35,742 nucleotides of DNA from an uncultured Bacilli bacterium (GTDB lineage Bacteria; Bacillota_I; Bacilli_A; RF39; UBA660), in assembly GCA_947625085.1 (NCBI GenBank), contig CANQMV010000004.1, positions 1 to 35,742 on the forward strand, in the 5' to 3' direction. The notes under the pieces were generated by a model. The model was not told the origin of the DNA and did no database searches. It worked only from the letters and a program-made list of their open reading frames with translations. The translations under genes and the position numbers were made by a program. This document shows, piece after piece, positions 27,720-35,742 of the stretch (positions within the stretch are counted from its first letter, which is position 1; every line of letters starts with the position of its first letter).

Positions 27720-29366
27720 ATGAGCAAAATTAATATTTTTGCCTTAGGTGGCTTAAATGAAGATGGTAAAAATATGTATGTTTGTGAAGTTGACAAAGAC
27801 ATTTTTATCTTCGATGCGGGCCTTAAATATCCTAAGGATAGGTTATTAGGAATTGATTATATTATTCCAAGTTATGACTATTTAAAAGAAAATTTTAAGA
27901 GAATTAAAGGGATTTTTTTATCACATGGACACGAATCAAATATAGGAGCTATTTCCGATATTGTAATGGATTTACCAAATATTCCAATTTATGGATTAAA
28001 ATATACTTTAGAAATGCTTAAATTACAACTGGCTCTTGATAAAGTTGATGCTTTAAATTTAAGAGAAATTAAAGCTCATTCTAAACTTAACTTTGGAGCT
28101 TGTAGTGTTTTTCCAATTGAAGTTACCCATTCTATACCAGATAGTACTCTTTATGTTTTAAATACTCCCGATGGTTCAATTGTTTATAGTGGCGATTTTA
28201 TCTTTGACCCAACGATGACAAATCATTTTTCCTGTGATATTGGAAGACTTGCCTATATTGGTAAACAAAATGTTTTATGTTTAATGACTGAATCAATGTA
28301 TGCTGAAAATGAAGGTTTTACATCACCAAGACATCGAGTATCTTCATTTATTAGAAGTGTTTTACACGATAACGAAAACCGAATTATCATGAGTGTTTTA
28401 CCAGCTCATATTTATAGAATTCAAGAAATTTTTGATGAAGTTTCCAAAACCAATCGCAAAATTGTTATCATGGGTAAACTTTTACAAGATATTATTTATA
28501 AATCATTAGATTTAAAATATTTAACTATTAATAAAACCAAAATTGGTGATTTAAATGATTTAAATCAAAAAGGAGTCGTAGTTTTAATAAGCGATTTAAA
28601 AGATAAACCCTATGCCAATTTAGAAAGAATTTTAAGAGATAATGATAAATTTATAAAACTAAATGAAACAGATACTATATTTATAACTGAACCAATGTAT
28701 TTAGGCGTTGAAAAACGAATGGTTATGATTATGGATGAATTTGCAAGACGAAAAATAAACGTTGTTGCTTTATCAAATAAAAACCATTTATTATTTCATC
28801 CATCAAAAGAAGATTTAATGTTAATGATTAATATGATGAATCCTAAATATTATTTTCCAATTAAAGGAAACTACAAAGACCAAGTTGAAAATGCTAATTT
28901 AGCTTTAAAACTGGGAATTAAAAAAGAAAATATTTTATTAAAACAAAATGGGGATGTTGTTACCTTTATAAATGGTAATCTTAAAGAAGAATCAACGACA
29001 ATAAAAGTTGATGAAGTTTTAATTGATGGCAAAAGTCAAAATGATGTAGGTGAGTTAGTTTTAAAAGATAGAGAGATGTTAGCAGAAGCCGGTATTGTGT
29101 TAGTAACCGCAACTCTTGATAAAAAAACGAAAGAAATTCTAGCTGGACCAGAGATTTTAACAAGAGGATTTATTTATGTTAAAGATAACATGGATATTTT
29201 AAAAGAAAGTAGTATCATATCAGAAAGAATTATTAAAAATAATACCACTTCTAATTTTGTTGATTACAATACAATTAAACAAGAAATAAGAACTAATTTA
29301 GGCAAATATTTTTACGAAGAAACGGAATGTAGACCAATGATAATTACCGTAATTGGGGAAGTTTAA
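27720..29366 (+). CDS. rnjB: Ribonuclease J2-type (degenerate metal-binding motifs)
   Basis: ALGGLNEDGKNM, HGHESNIG instead of HxHxDH, THSIPD, RGFIYVK. The HxSGH motif is replaced. RBS AAAGGAGG before ATG 27720. Confidence 0.85.
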   Translation: MSKINIFALGGLNEDGKNMYVCEVDKDIFIFDAGLKYPKDRLLGIDYIIPSYDYLKENFKRIKGIFLSHGHESNIGAISDIVMDLPNIPIYGLKYTLEMLKLQLALDKVDALNLREIKAHSKLNFGACSVFPIEVTHSIPDSTLYVLNTPDGSIVYSGDFIFDPTMTNHFSCDIGRLAYIGKQNVLCLMTESMYAENEGFTSPRHRVSSFIRSVLHDNENRIIMSVLPAHIYRIQEIFDEVSKTNRKIVIMGKLLQDIIYKSLDLKYLTINKTKIGDLNDLNQKGVVVLISDLKDKPYANLERILRDNDKFIKLNETDTIFITEPMYLGVEKRMVMIMDEFARRKINVVALSNKNHLLFHPSKEDLMLMINMMNPKYYFPIKGNYKDQVENANLALKLGIKKENILLKQNGDVVTFINGNLKEESTTIKVDEVLIDGKSQNDVGELVLKDREMLAEAGIVLVTATLDKKTKEILAGPEILTRGFIYVKDNMDILKESSIISERIIKNNTTSNFVDYNTIKQEIRTNLGKYFYEETECRPMIITVIGEV

Positions 29367-30472
29367 TGAAAATAATGGAAATTATTATTTTAGTTTTAGT
29401 TGCTTTAAGTTTACTTTTAAATATTATTTTGTTAATTAAAAGTAAAACTAAAAAAAATACTAAAGAAAATCTTGATTTATTAGAAAGACTTGGTAAATTT
29501 GAAGTTAGTATTACTAAAGAATTTGGAGATTTTAAAAATGAATTATCTAAAGATATTTTAAGTCATTTTGATAAAGTAAATAATAAATTAGAAGTAAAAC
29601 TTAATGAAATTAATAACAAAGTTAATATGCGAATAGATGAAAATTTTGAAAAAACTAATAAAACTTTTATAAATGTTTTAGAAAGATTATCTAAAATTGA
29701 TGAAGCGCAAAAGAAAATTGATAATTTATCAGTTGATATTATTTCTTTAGAAAATATTTTAACTGATAAAAAAACAAGAGGTATTTTTGGTGAAGTTAAT
29801 CTTTATAATATCTTGAAAAATATTTTTGGCGAAAAAAATGATTTAATTTATAAAATGCAGTATAAACTTTCTAACGGTTATATTGCTGATTCAGTAATTT
29901 TTGCCCCTAGTCCTTTAAATACCTTAGCAATTGATTCTAAATTTCCACTTGAAAATTACCGAATTATGGTTGATAAAACGAAGGGGGATACTGAAAGAAG
30001 TTTTGCAACGAAACAATTTAAATTAGATGTCAAAAAGCATATTGATGATATTAGTTACAAATATATAATTGAAGGAGAAACTAGTGATCAAGCAATGATG
30101 TTTATTCCCGCAGAAGCAATCTTTGCAGAAATTAATGCTTATCATCCTGATTTAGTTGAATATGCTTATAAAAAACGCGTTTGGTTAACAAGTCCAACTA
30201 CTTTAATTTCCACTTTAACAATGATTATGATGATTATCCAAAATATTGAACGTGATAAATATACAAGTATAATTCATGAAGAATTAAATAAATTAGGAAT
30301 AGAATTTGGACGATTTAAAGAACGTTTTGATAAATTATCAAAAAGTATTTTAACTGTTAACAAAGATGTAGAAGCTTTTAGTATTACAACTGATAAAATA
30401 AAAAAGAAATTTGATTCAATTTCTAGTGCTAAAATAAATAAAGAAAATTTATTATCGGACGATGATGAATAA
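29366..30472 (+). CDS. rmuC: DNA recombination protein RmuC
   Basis: N-terminal TM and coiled coil, KTRGIFGE, IDSKFP, MFIPAEAIF, SPTTL. Confidence 0.93.
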   Translation: MKIMEIIILVLVALSLLLNIILLIKSKTKKNTKENLDLLERLGKFEVSITKEFGDFKNELSKDILSHFDKVNNKLEVKLNEINNKVNMRIDENFEKTNKTFINVLERLSKIDEAQKKIDNLSVDIISLENILTDKKTRGIFGEVNLYNILKNIFGEKNDLIYKMQYKLSNGYIADSVIFAPSPLNTLAIDSKFPLENYRIMVDKTKGDTERSFATKQFKLDVKKHIDDISYKYIIEGETSDQAMMFIPAEAIFAEINAYHPDLVEYAYKKRVWLTSPTTLISTLTMIMMIIQNIERDKYTSIIHEELNKLGIEFGRFKERFDKLSKSILTVNKDVEAFSITTDKIKKKFDSISSAKINKENLLSDDDE

Positions 30473-30487
30473 ATTTTCTTTTTTTTT
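30440..30487 (+). terminator. Terminator overlapping the rmuC 3' end
   Basis: AAAGAAAATTTATT...AATAAATTTTCTTT followed by a T-run. Confidence 0.6.
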
Positions 30488-30571
30488 ACAATATTTGACA
30501 AATATGTATTTTCTTAGGTTTTACTACTTAATTTTTTTTTGATATACTTAAATAAAGAGTAGGTGGTTAAA

Positions 30572-33500
30572 ATGAAAAAGTTTATGGTAATTTTTCTTAG
30601 TATTCTTTTTTGTTTTACAGTTAATGTTAAAGCTTTAACTAGTACAGAAATAAAAAGCCGAAATGTCTGTGGTAATTTACCTATCGAACTTGCAACTGCA
30701 AATAGTGATAAGACTTTAACTCATGTTGATTGTTATAGTGATTATAAAACCGCTAAAGCTAAAATGAATGCTACTAATAATGATAATTTAGTCATTTTAG
30801 AAAGAAAAAGTGGAGTTACTAAAATAATAGATGCCAAGATGGCTTTAGTATATTTAGGAGTAAAATCTGTAAATACTAATACTACTTATTATACAAGTAG
30901 TTCTCTATCATCAAGTCTTACTTATGCTAATCATCATAGTACTTATGGAGCAACGGATGGAGTATTTTTAGAGTTAAATTATTCTAATTATGCTATTAAA
31001 GTTAAATCAAATGGAATAACAGGTTGGCTTAAAAATGGTGATTATATTATTGTTCCTTTGATGTTTACTGGAAATTATAGTTTTTATCAAGTAACAAGTA
31101 CTGGTCTTTATCATTATTATTCTAAAGATATTGAAACAACTTATACACAAACAAGCCGAGTTCTTGATAAAAAACCAGCACAATTAACAGAAGGCAGATA
31201 CTATAGTCATGATGGAATTTATTTTTATAAATATGCAAGTGATATGATAAAAGATTATGTAAATAATACATATCAAAATGCAGTTAATTACAATAATCCT
31301 TACTATAATTATTATATGTATTTACCACATAGAGCAAGAAGTAATTATTCAAGTGATGATATAGATGCTTATTTAAAAAATACTAAAGGTTTTATTGGTA
31401 CTATTTATGGAAAAAAATTAGTTAATAAATATTCCAATATGTATCAAACTGGTACTTATTTTAAATCAAGTGAATCTTTATATGGAGCTTATGCTATTAT
31501 GATGATGTCACTTGCAACAAATGAATCAGCAAGTGGTCAAAGTGCAATTGCAATTAGTAAAAATAATTTATTTGGTCACAGTGCTTATGATTCTTCACCT
31601 TTTGCATCAGCAAGTGGTTATTTAAGTCCTTATTATAGTATTTTAGCTCATGCTAATAATTATATAAACTGTGGTTATGCTAATCCAAATGATTATCGTT
31701 ACTATGGCTCTCACTTTGGAAGTAAATTAAGTGGTATGAATGTAAAATATGCAAGTGACCCATTCTGGGGTGAAAAGGCAACTAATTATTATTATCAATT
31801 TGATTCTCAAAATGGTTTCTTGGATTATAATTATTATCAGTTAGGAATTATTAATAAAGCGAATGTAAGTGCTAGAACTGAGCCAAATCAAACGAGTAGT
31901 ATACCATATCAGTTTAAAACTTCAGAAATTCCGGTTATTATTTTAGAAGAAGTTAAAAATGGTGATACTTTATGGTATAAAATTGTATCAGATGCTAATT
32001 TAAATAGCAGTAGAACTTCTATTCTTGGTTGTAGTAATAGTAATTATTATAATTGGAATTCTTATGTTTATGTTTTAGCAAGTGATATTACGAAGATTAA
32101 TCAAACTCAAAATGGAAAATATAATAGTAATAATGATGCAAATGTGATAAAACCAACCTTTACTTATCAAGAATATGCAAGTGCCTCTTTATATACGCCA
32201 AAATCAGGCTTAATCAATAAAGATACTACGGTTTATGATACGGCAACTTTAAATGTTTCTAGTAATAAAGTTGCCAAACAAGGTCATTTAGCAACCGTAT
32301 TCATGGCAGCTCTTGATGAAAATAAAAAAGTAGTTGCTTATTTAATTACAACTGATTATAGCAAAAATCAAAGAGGTTGGGTTAAGGCCGATGATTTAAC
32401 TCTTAATGATAAAGATATATTACGAGTAAATCTAACTAAAGAAGGAGATACTTTACCAGTTTATAAAACTCCAGGTGGAAGTGAAACTGGAAAGATTTAT
32501 ACTGATACTTATTCAGTTATTGTTGATAAGATGACTTATCAAAGTGATTTATGGTTAAAGATATTCTACGGACTTGATAATACTTATGCTTGGATAAATA
32601 CTAATATTTCAAGTAGTAAAGGAAGTTTATCTTATACAACTTCTAAATTAAATCAAGCTCCAGTTATTACAGCTTCAAATAGAACAATTTTTGTAGGTGA
32701 TACCTTTGACCCATTAAAAGATGTAACAGCTTATGATGCTGAAGATGGTAATATTACAAGTAAAATTAAAGTAATTGAAAATAATGTTAATAAAGATGTT
32801 GTTGGCGCTTATTTAGTTACTTATCAAGTTACAGATTCAAGTAATCAAACAACAACTAAATCAATCCAAATTACTGTTAAAAATTATGCTTTAGGTAAGA
32901 GTCTATTTATATATGAAATTATTAAAGAAATAAAAAATGATACTTTCCAATTTAAAGGCTTCTTAGCGGTTCAAGGTATGAATAATACTAATTTAGAGCA
33001 TGAATTAATTTTTGAAAATGAAAAAACTTTAAAAACTTATACTTTTAAAATGGAAGATTATAATGATTATCCATATGAAGTAACTAATACCTTAGATAAT
33101 AAAGTTTATGATTATAGTGATGGTTGGTTTAAAGGTGATATTTCCCTAAAAAATATTCCTGATGGAAATTATCGTATAAAAGTTAGAACTTACAATAAAA
33201 CAGAAGGCTATTATGCTGAAGATTACTTTACTAATATAGCATATCAAGAAATGCCAAGAAGAGTTCAGGGTGAACGAGGTTATTCATTTGATATTGATTA
33301 TAGTTATCATGGAAGCCCAATTGTTGTTGCAATAAGAAGTGATGGATTATTAAGTTATGAAGAACCTACTTCTCTTGATCCAATGTATAATTTCTTTAAT
33401 GAATTAAAATTGGATGGTAATAAATTAACAATTGATGGAACTAGTCATAGTGTATCGGTTTCTTATTCTAAAAATGATAATGTTTCAAGGTCATTAATTC

Positions 33501-33811
33501 TTGAAAATACTGAGACTTTCAAACGTTATACATTTGATTTAGGTTATATTGATAATGGACCTTATCAAGTTACTTTAGCAGTTCCTGATAATAAGGATAA
33601 AACTAGAGCTTGGTTTAAAAAGACTATAGATTTAAGTCAAGTTGAAAAAGGAAATTATGCTATTTATATAAAAACAACTTCTAATTCTAAAACTTATTAT
33701 GGCGAATTAATAGATATTGCTTATACGGATTTTAAAAATATAAATACAACTAAATATGAATTTAAGCGGATTGATGACCAACGTTTGCGATTGGAATTAA
33801 CTGTCAAATAA
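30572..33811 (+). CDS. Secreted GH73 endo-beta-N-acetylglucosaminidase (LytB-like) with Ig-like and tandem C-terminal domains
   Basis: Signal peptide ending VKA. NESA..S.IA..KNNLFGHSAYD..P and YASDPFWGEK motifs. APVITAS...DPLKDVTAYDAEDG Ig-like repeat. Confidence 0.88.
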   Translation: MKKFMVIFLSILFCFTVNVKALTSTEIKSRNVCGNLPIELATANSDKTLTHVDCYSDYKTAKAKMNATNNDNLVILERKSGVTKIIDAKMALVYLGVKSVNTNTTYYTSSSLSSSLTYANHHSTYGATDGVFLELNYSNYAIKVKSNGITGWLKNGDYIIVPLMFTGNYSFYQVTSTGLYHYYSKDIETTYTQTSRVLDKKPAQLTEGRYYSHDGIYFYKYASDMIKDYVNNTYQNAVNYNNPYYNYYMYLPHRARSNYSSDDIDAYLKNTKGFIGTIYGKKLVNKYSNMYQTGTYFKSSESLYGAYAIMMMSLATNESASGQSAIAISKNNLFGHSAYDSSPFASASGYLSPYYSILAHANNYINCGYANPNDYRYYGSHFGSKLSGMNVKYASDPFWGEKATNYYYQFDSQNGFLDYNYYQLGIINKANVSARTEPNQTSSIPYQFKTSEIPVIILEEVKNGDTLWYKIVSDANLNSSRTSILGCSNSNYYNWNSYVYVLASDITKINQTQNGKYNSNNDANVIKPTFTYQEYASASLYTPKSGLINKDTTVYDTATLNVSSNKVAKQGHLATVFMAALDENKKVVAYLITTDYSKNQRGWVKADDLTLNDKDILRVNLTKEGDTLPVYKTPGGSETGKIYTDTYSVIVDKMTYQSDLWLKIFYGLDNTYAWINTNISSSKGSLSYTTSKLNQAPVITASNRTIFVGDTFDPLKDVTAYDAEDGNITSKIKVIENNVNKDVVGAYLVTYQVTDSSNQTTTKSIQITVKNYALGKSLFIYEIIKEIKNDTFQFKGFLAVQGMNNTNLEHELIFENEKTLKTYTFKMEDYNDYPYEVTNTLDNKVYDYSDGWFKGDISLKNIPDGNYRIKVRTYNKTEGYYAEDYFTNIAYQEMPRRVQGERGYSFDIDYSYHGSPIVVAIRSDGLLSYEEPTSLDPMYNFFNELKLDGNKLTIDGTSHSVSVSYSKNDNVSRSLILENTETFKRYTFDLGYIDNGPYQVTLAVPDNKDKTRAWFKKTIDLSQVEKGNYAIYIKTTSNSKTYYGELIDIAYTDFKNINTTKYEFKRIDDQRLRLELTVK

Positions 33812-33814
33812 GAC

Positions 33815-33843
33815 TTGCAAAGAAACTAAAAATATTGTATTCT
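33815..33843 (+). promoter_or_regulatory. sigmaA promoter of module copy 1
   Basis: TTGCAA-17 bp-TATTCT, conserved in copy 2. Confidence 0.7.
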
Positions 33844-33867
33844 TAATATAAGAATAGGAGATTTGCT

Positions 33868-33945
33868 ATGGGAAATATATTAAATAATTATAAAAATTAT
33901 CAAGAAAAAGAAGTTGACAAATTGTCAACCATGGGGGGGGTATAG
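33868..33945 (+). CDS. 25-aa micro-ORF MGNILNNYKNYQEKEVDKLSTMGGV
   Basis: AGGAG RBS at 33856-33860, 7 nt before the ATG. Same length and C-terminus as copy 2. Confidence 0.7.
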   Translation: MGNILNNYKNYQEKEVDKLSTMGGV

Positions 33946-33991
33946 TACTTAATTTAAAGGATAACTATATTTTAAAATTAGACAAAATAAG

Positions 33992-34035
33992 ACACATAAA
34001 ACTAGTAGAATGATACTAGGCTTTTATGTGTTTTT
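33992..34035 (+). terminator. Terminator-like hairpin downstream of the micro-ORF
   Basis: ACACATAAAA-CTAGTA-gaatga-TACTAG-gc-TTTTATGTGT-TTTT. Confidence 0.7.
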
Positions 34036-34048
34036 AAATATATAAATA

Positions 34049-34077
34049 TTGTTAAACGGGGGCAAATGTGTTATTAT
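34049..34077 (+). promoter_or_regulatory. Possible sigmaA promoter for the lectin-fold gene
   Basis: TTGTTA-17 bp-TATTAT with TG extension. Confidence 0.5.
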
Positions 34078-34106
34078 AAAAATATAGATAATAAGTGAGG
34101 TAATTG

Positions 34107-35579
34107 ATGAAAACTAAAAAAGTAATAATATCTTTAATTATTCTAAGTCTTTTAAGTATTATTTATGTAAAGGTAACTAAAGGAATTAATTTTCAAAAAG
34201 AAATTGAAAAGGCAATTATAAGTAAGCAAGAAGTAAATGCTAACGAAGAAAACTATAAAGATGCAACTTTAAAAGGAGCAGACCCAGTTCTTTCAGGTAA
34301 GTTAATCCCTGTAACAATTGATAAAAAGGGAAAAGTAACTTATGCTAATACAAAAAAAGAATGGTATAACTATCAAAAGAAAGAGTGGGCTAATGCAGTA
34401 ATCTTAGTAGATAATCCAAGTTTAAAGTATAAAGTTGGAAGTGAAATAAAAGAAAGTGATATTGAAAGTTATTTTGTTTGGATACCAAGATATAGATATA
34501 AATTATGGAATGCCAATCAAGCAGATGGAGTTTATGATAAAAGTAAAATAACTGATGATGCAAATTCTTTAACTTCATATAGAATGCTGTTTGGAAATAC
34601 GAGACTAATAGAAATAGAATTTGAAGATAATAAAACACCTAAATCAGAAAATAAAGAAAATGGAGAGTGGCTAACCCATCCAGCCTTTACTTTGAATGGA
34701 AAAGAATTAAATGGAATTTGGGTTGGTAAATTTGAAACTGGTTATAATCAAGGGGATTCTGGAAAGCCAATTGAAGATACAACATCATGGTCACCTACTA
34801 AAGCTCGAGTTGATAAAGTAGAAAGTGATAAAATAATAGTAAAACCCAATGTTTATTCATGGCAAAATTCAACAGTTTCAAACTTCTTTAAAAGTGCATA
34901 TGAATATGAACGAGAGTTAGATAGTCATATGATGAAAAACATCGAATGGGGAGCCGTTGCTTATTTATCACATTCCTTATATGGAATAGGAAAAGAAGTA
35001 AATATAAATAATAATAATCAATATAAAACAGGATACTCAGCAGTAGTTGGAACTGATCAAAGTAATTATCCTGGAACAAGTGGAAATACAGAAAAAGAAA
35101 CTTTGCCATATAATACTCCAACCGGGTATCTTGCATCAACAACAGGAAATATTACAGGAGTCTATGATATGAGTGGAGGTTCAAGTGAATATATGGCTGC
35201 TTATAGAAATTTAGGAAATAATTGTGCTGCAGATGCAAATGGCATATTGAGAGGAGATTGCAGTGGTTTTGCATCTGATGAATTAACAAAATATGCTGCT
35301 TATTTGGATAAATATGAAAATTCAACTATGTCATCATATAGTAAAAGAATCTTTGGAGATGCAACCGGAGAGATGGGACCATTTTATCTATATTATGATA
35401 GTAGTTCTCAATATCATAATTCTTGGTATGCTGATTATTCGGATTTTATTGATATTGCAAATCCGTGGTTTACTCGTGGCGGTGCAAATTATAATGGATT
35501 ACTCAGTGGTCAGTTTGGATTCTACCGGAGTAGTGGTACTGTTTCTTCTGGTGCAACTCGTCTTGTTCTTGCAAGTTAA
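34107..35579 (+). CDS. Membrane-anchored surface protein with FGE-sulfatase/C-type-lectin-like domain, candidate DGR target
   Basis: N-terminal anchor. FVWIPRY, HPAF, GIWVGKFE, EWGAVAYLS.S.YG, GNITGVYDMSGGSSEY, PWFTRGG...G.F...G...RLVL at the C-terminus. Confidence 0.8.
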   Translation: MKTKKVIISLIILSLLSIIYVKVTKGINFQKEIEKAIISKQEVNANEENYKDATLKGADPVLSGKLIPVTIDKKGKVTYANTKKEWYNYQKKEWANAVILVDNPSLKYKVGSEIKESDIESYFVWIPRYRYKLWNANQADGVYDKSKITDDANSLTSYRMLFGNTRLIEIEFEDNKTPKSENKENGEWLTHPAFTLNGKELNGIWVGKFETGYNQGDSGKPIEDTTSWSPTKARVDKVESDKIIVKPNVYSWQNSTVSNFFKSAYEYERELDSHMMKNIEWGAVAYLSHSLYGIGKEVNINNNNQYKTGYSAVVGTDQSNYPGTSGNTEKETLPYNTPTGYLASTTGNITGVYDMSGGSSEYMAAYRNLGNNCAADANGILRGDCSGFASDELTKYAAYLDKYENSTMSSYSKRIFGDATGEMGPFYLYYDSSSQYHNSWYADYSDFIDIANPWFTRGGANYNGLLSGQFGFYRSSGTVSSGATRLVLAS

Positions 35580-35606
35580 AAATTGATACAAAAATATAAA
35601 ATAAAA

Positions 35607-35742
35607 ACTTGAAAAGAAAGTAAAAATATTGTATTATTAAATCAAGATAGGAGTCTTGATAATATGTTAAATGAGTTAGGTAATCATAAAAATTATAACA
35701 AAAAAGAAGTTGACAAATTGTCAACCATGGGGGGGGTATAGT
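35607..35742 (+). repeat. Copy 2 of the promoter/micro-ORF/palindrome/poly-G module (runs to window end)
   Basis: TTGAAA-17 bp-TATTAT (35609-35637), AGGAG, palindrome 35709-35725, G8 at 35729-35736. Confidence 0.95.
35664..35741 (+). CDS. 25-aa micro-ORF MLNELGNHKNYNKKEVDKLSTMGGV
   Basis: AGGAG at 35649-35653. Paralog of 33868-33945. Confidence 0.7.
   Translation: MLNELGNHKNYNKKEVDKLSTMGGV

Larger units (their letters stand above)
33813..33946 (+). repeat. Copy 1 of ~135-bp promoter/micro-ORF/palindrome/poly-G module
   Basis: Homologous to 35607-35742. Bases 33905-33946 are identical to 35701-35742 (42 bp). Confidence 0.95.

Noticed and set aside
33868-33945. Micro-ORFs as type I toxins or double-glycine bacteriocin leaders
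   Set aside because: The peptides are hydrophilic. GG comes from the G-run and is followed by only Val-stop, and no peptidase-ABC transporter is nearby.
35293-35586. 97-aa alternative-frame ORF overlapping the lectin gene end
   Set aside because: No RBS or motif. Best explained by scarcity of stop codons in the A-depleted 3' region.
35503-35724. Minus-strand 73-aa ORF, plus shadow ORFs at 1016, 2861, 5896, 13410, 14396, 18628, 24747, 28981, 30274, 34390 and 34888
   Set aside because: They overlap well-supported genes or promoters and have no RBS or recognisable motifs.
33813-35742. Direct repeats read as a CRISPR array or IS ends
   Set aside because: Only two copies ~1.8 kb apart, in direct orientation, with no spacers, cas genes, transposase or target-site duplication.
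1-35742. rRNA, tRNA, prophage, integrase or reverse transcriptase genes
   Set aside because: None recognisable. Intergenic gaps are short and accounted for.

Overview
AT-rich chromosomal segment of a low-GC Bacilli-type firmicute. It uses genetic code 11 (TGA is a stop) and has peptidoglycan and spore-associated genes, which suggests an RF39-like gut lineage (inference). Nearly all genes are on the + strand. The core is housekeeping: an ABC-F gene, yvcK/glmR, dnaD-nth, T-box-controlled proS and glyS, a Ham1-Nudix fusion, ylbD-ylbE-ylbF-rsmD, rimP-nusA-ylxR-infB-rbfA, mgtC, sspI, mraZ-rsmH-ftsL-pbpB, hydrolase-murF-ddl-gpmI, rnjB-rmuC and a large GH73 autolysin. The most unusual part is the right end. 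A predicted surface protein with an FGE/C-type-lectin-like C-terminus and an adenine-depleted, DGR-VR-like 3' end (34107-35579) is bracketed by two copies of a ~135-bp module. Each copy has a sigmaA promoter, an RBS and a 25-aa micro-ORF ending KEVDKLSTMGGV, which contains a perfect 17-bp palindrome and a G8 tract. In copy 1, one extra G would extend the micro-ORF to a stop in the loop of a downstream hairpin, suggesting a phase-variable leader/attenuator switch. A related hairpin with a compensatory base change follows a paralogous gene at the left end. Also notable are an ultrashort-Stem-I glycine T-box and a half-length RimP.
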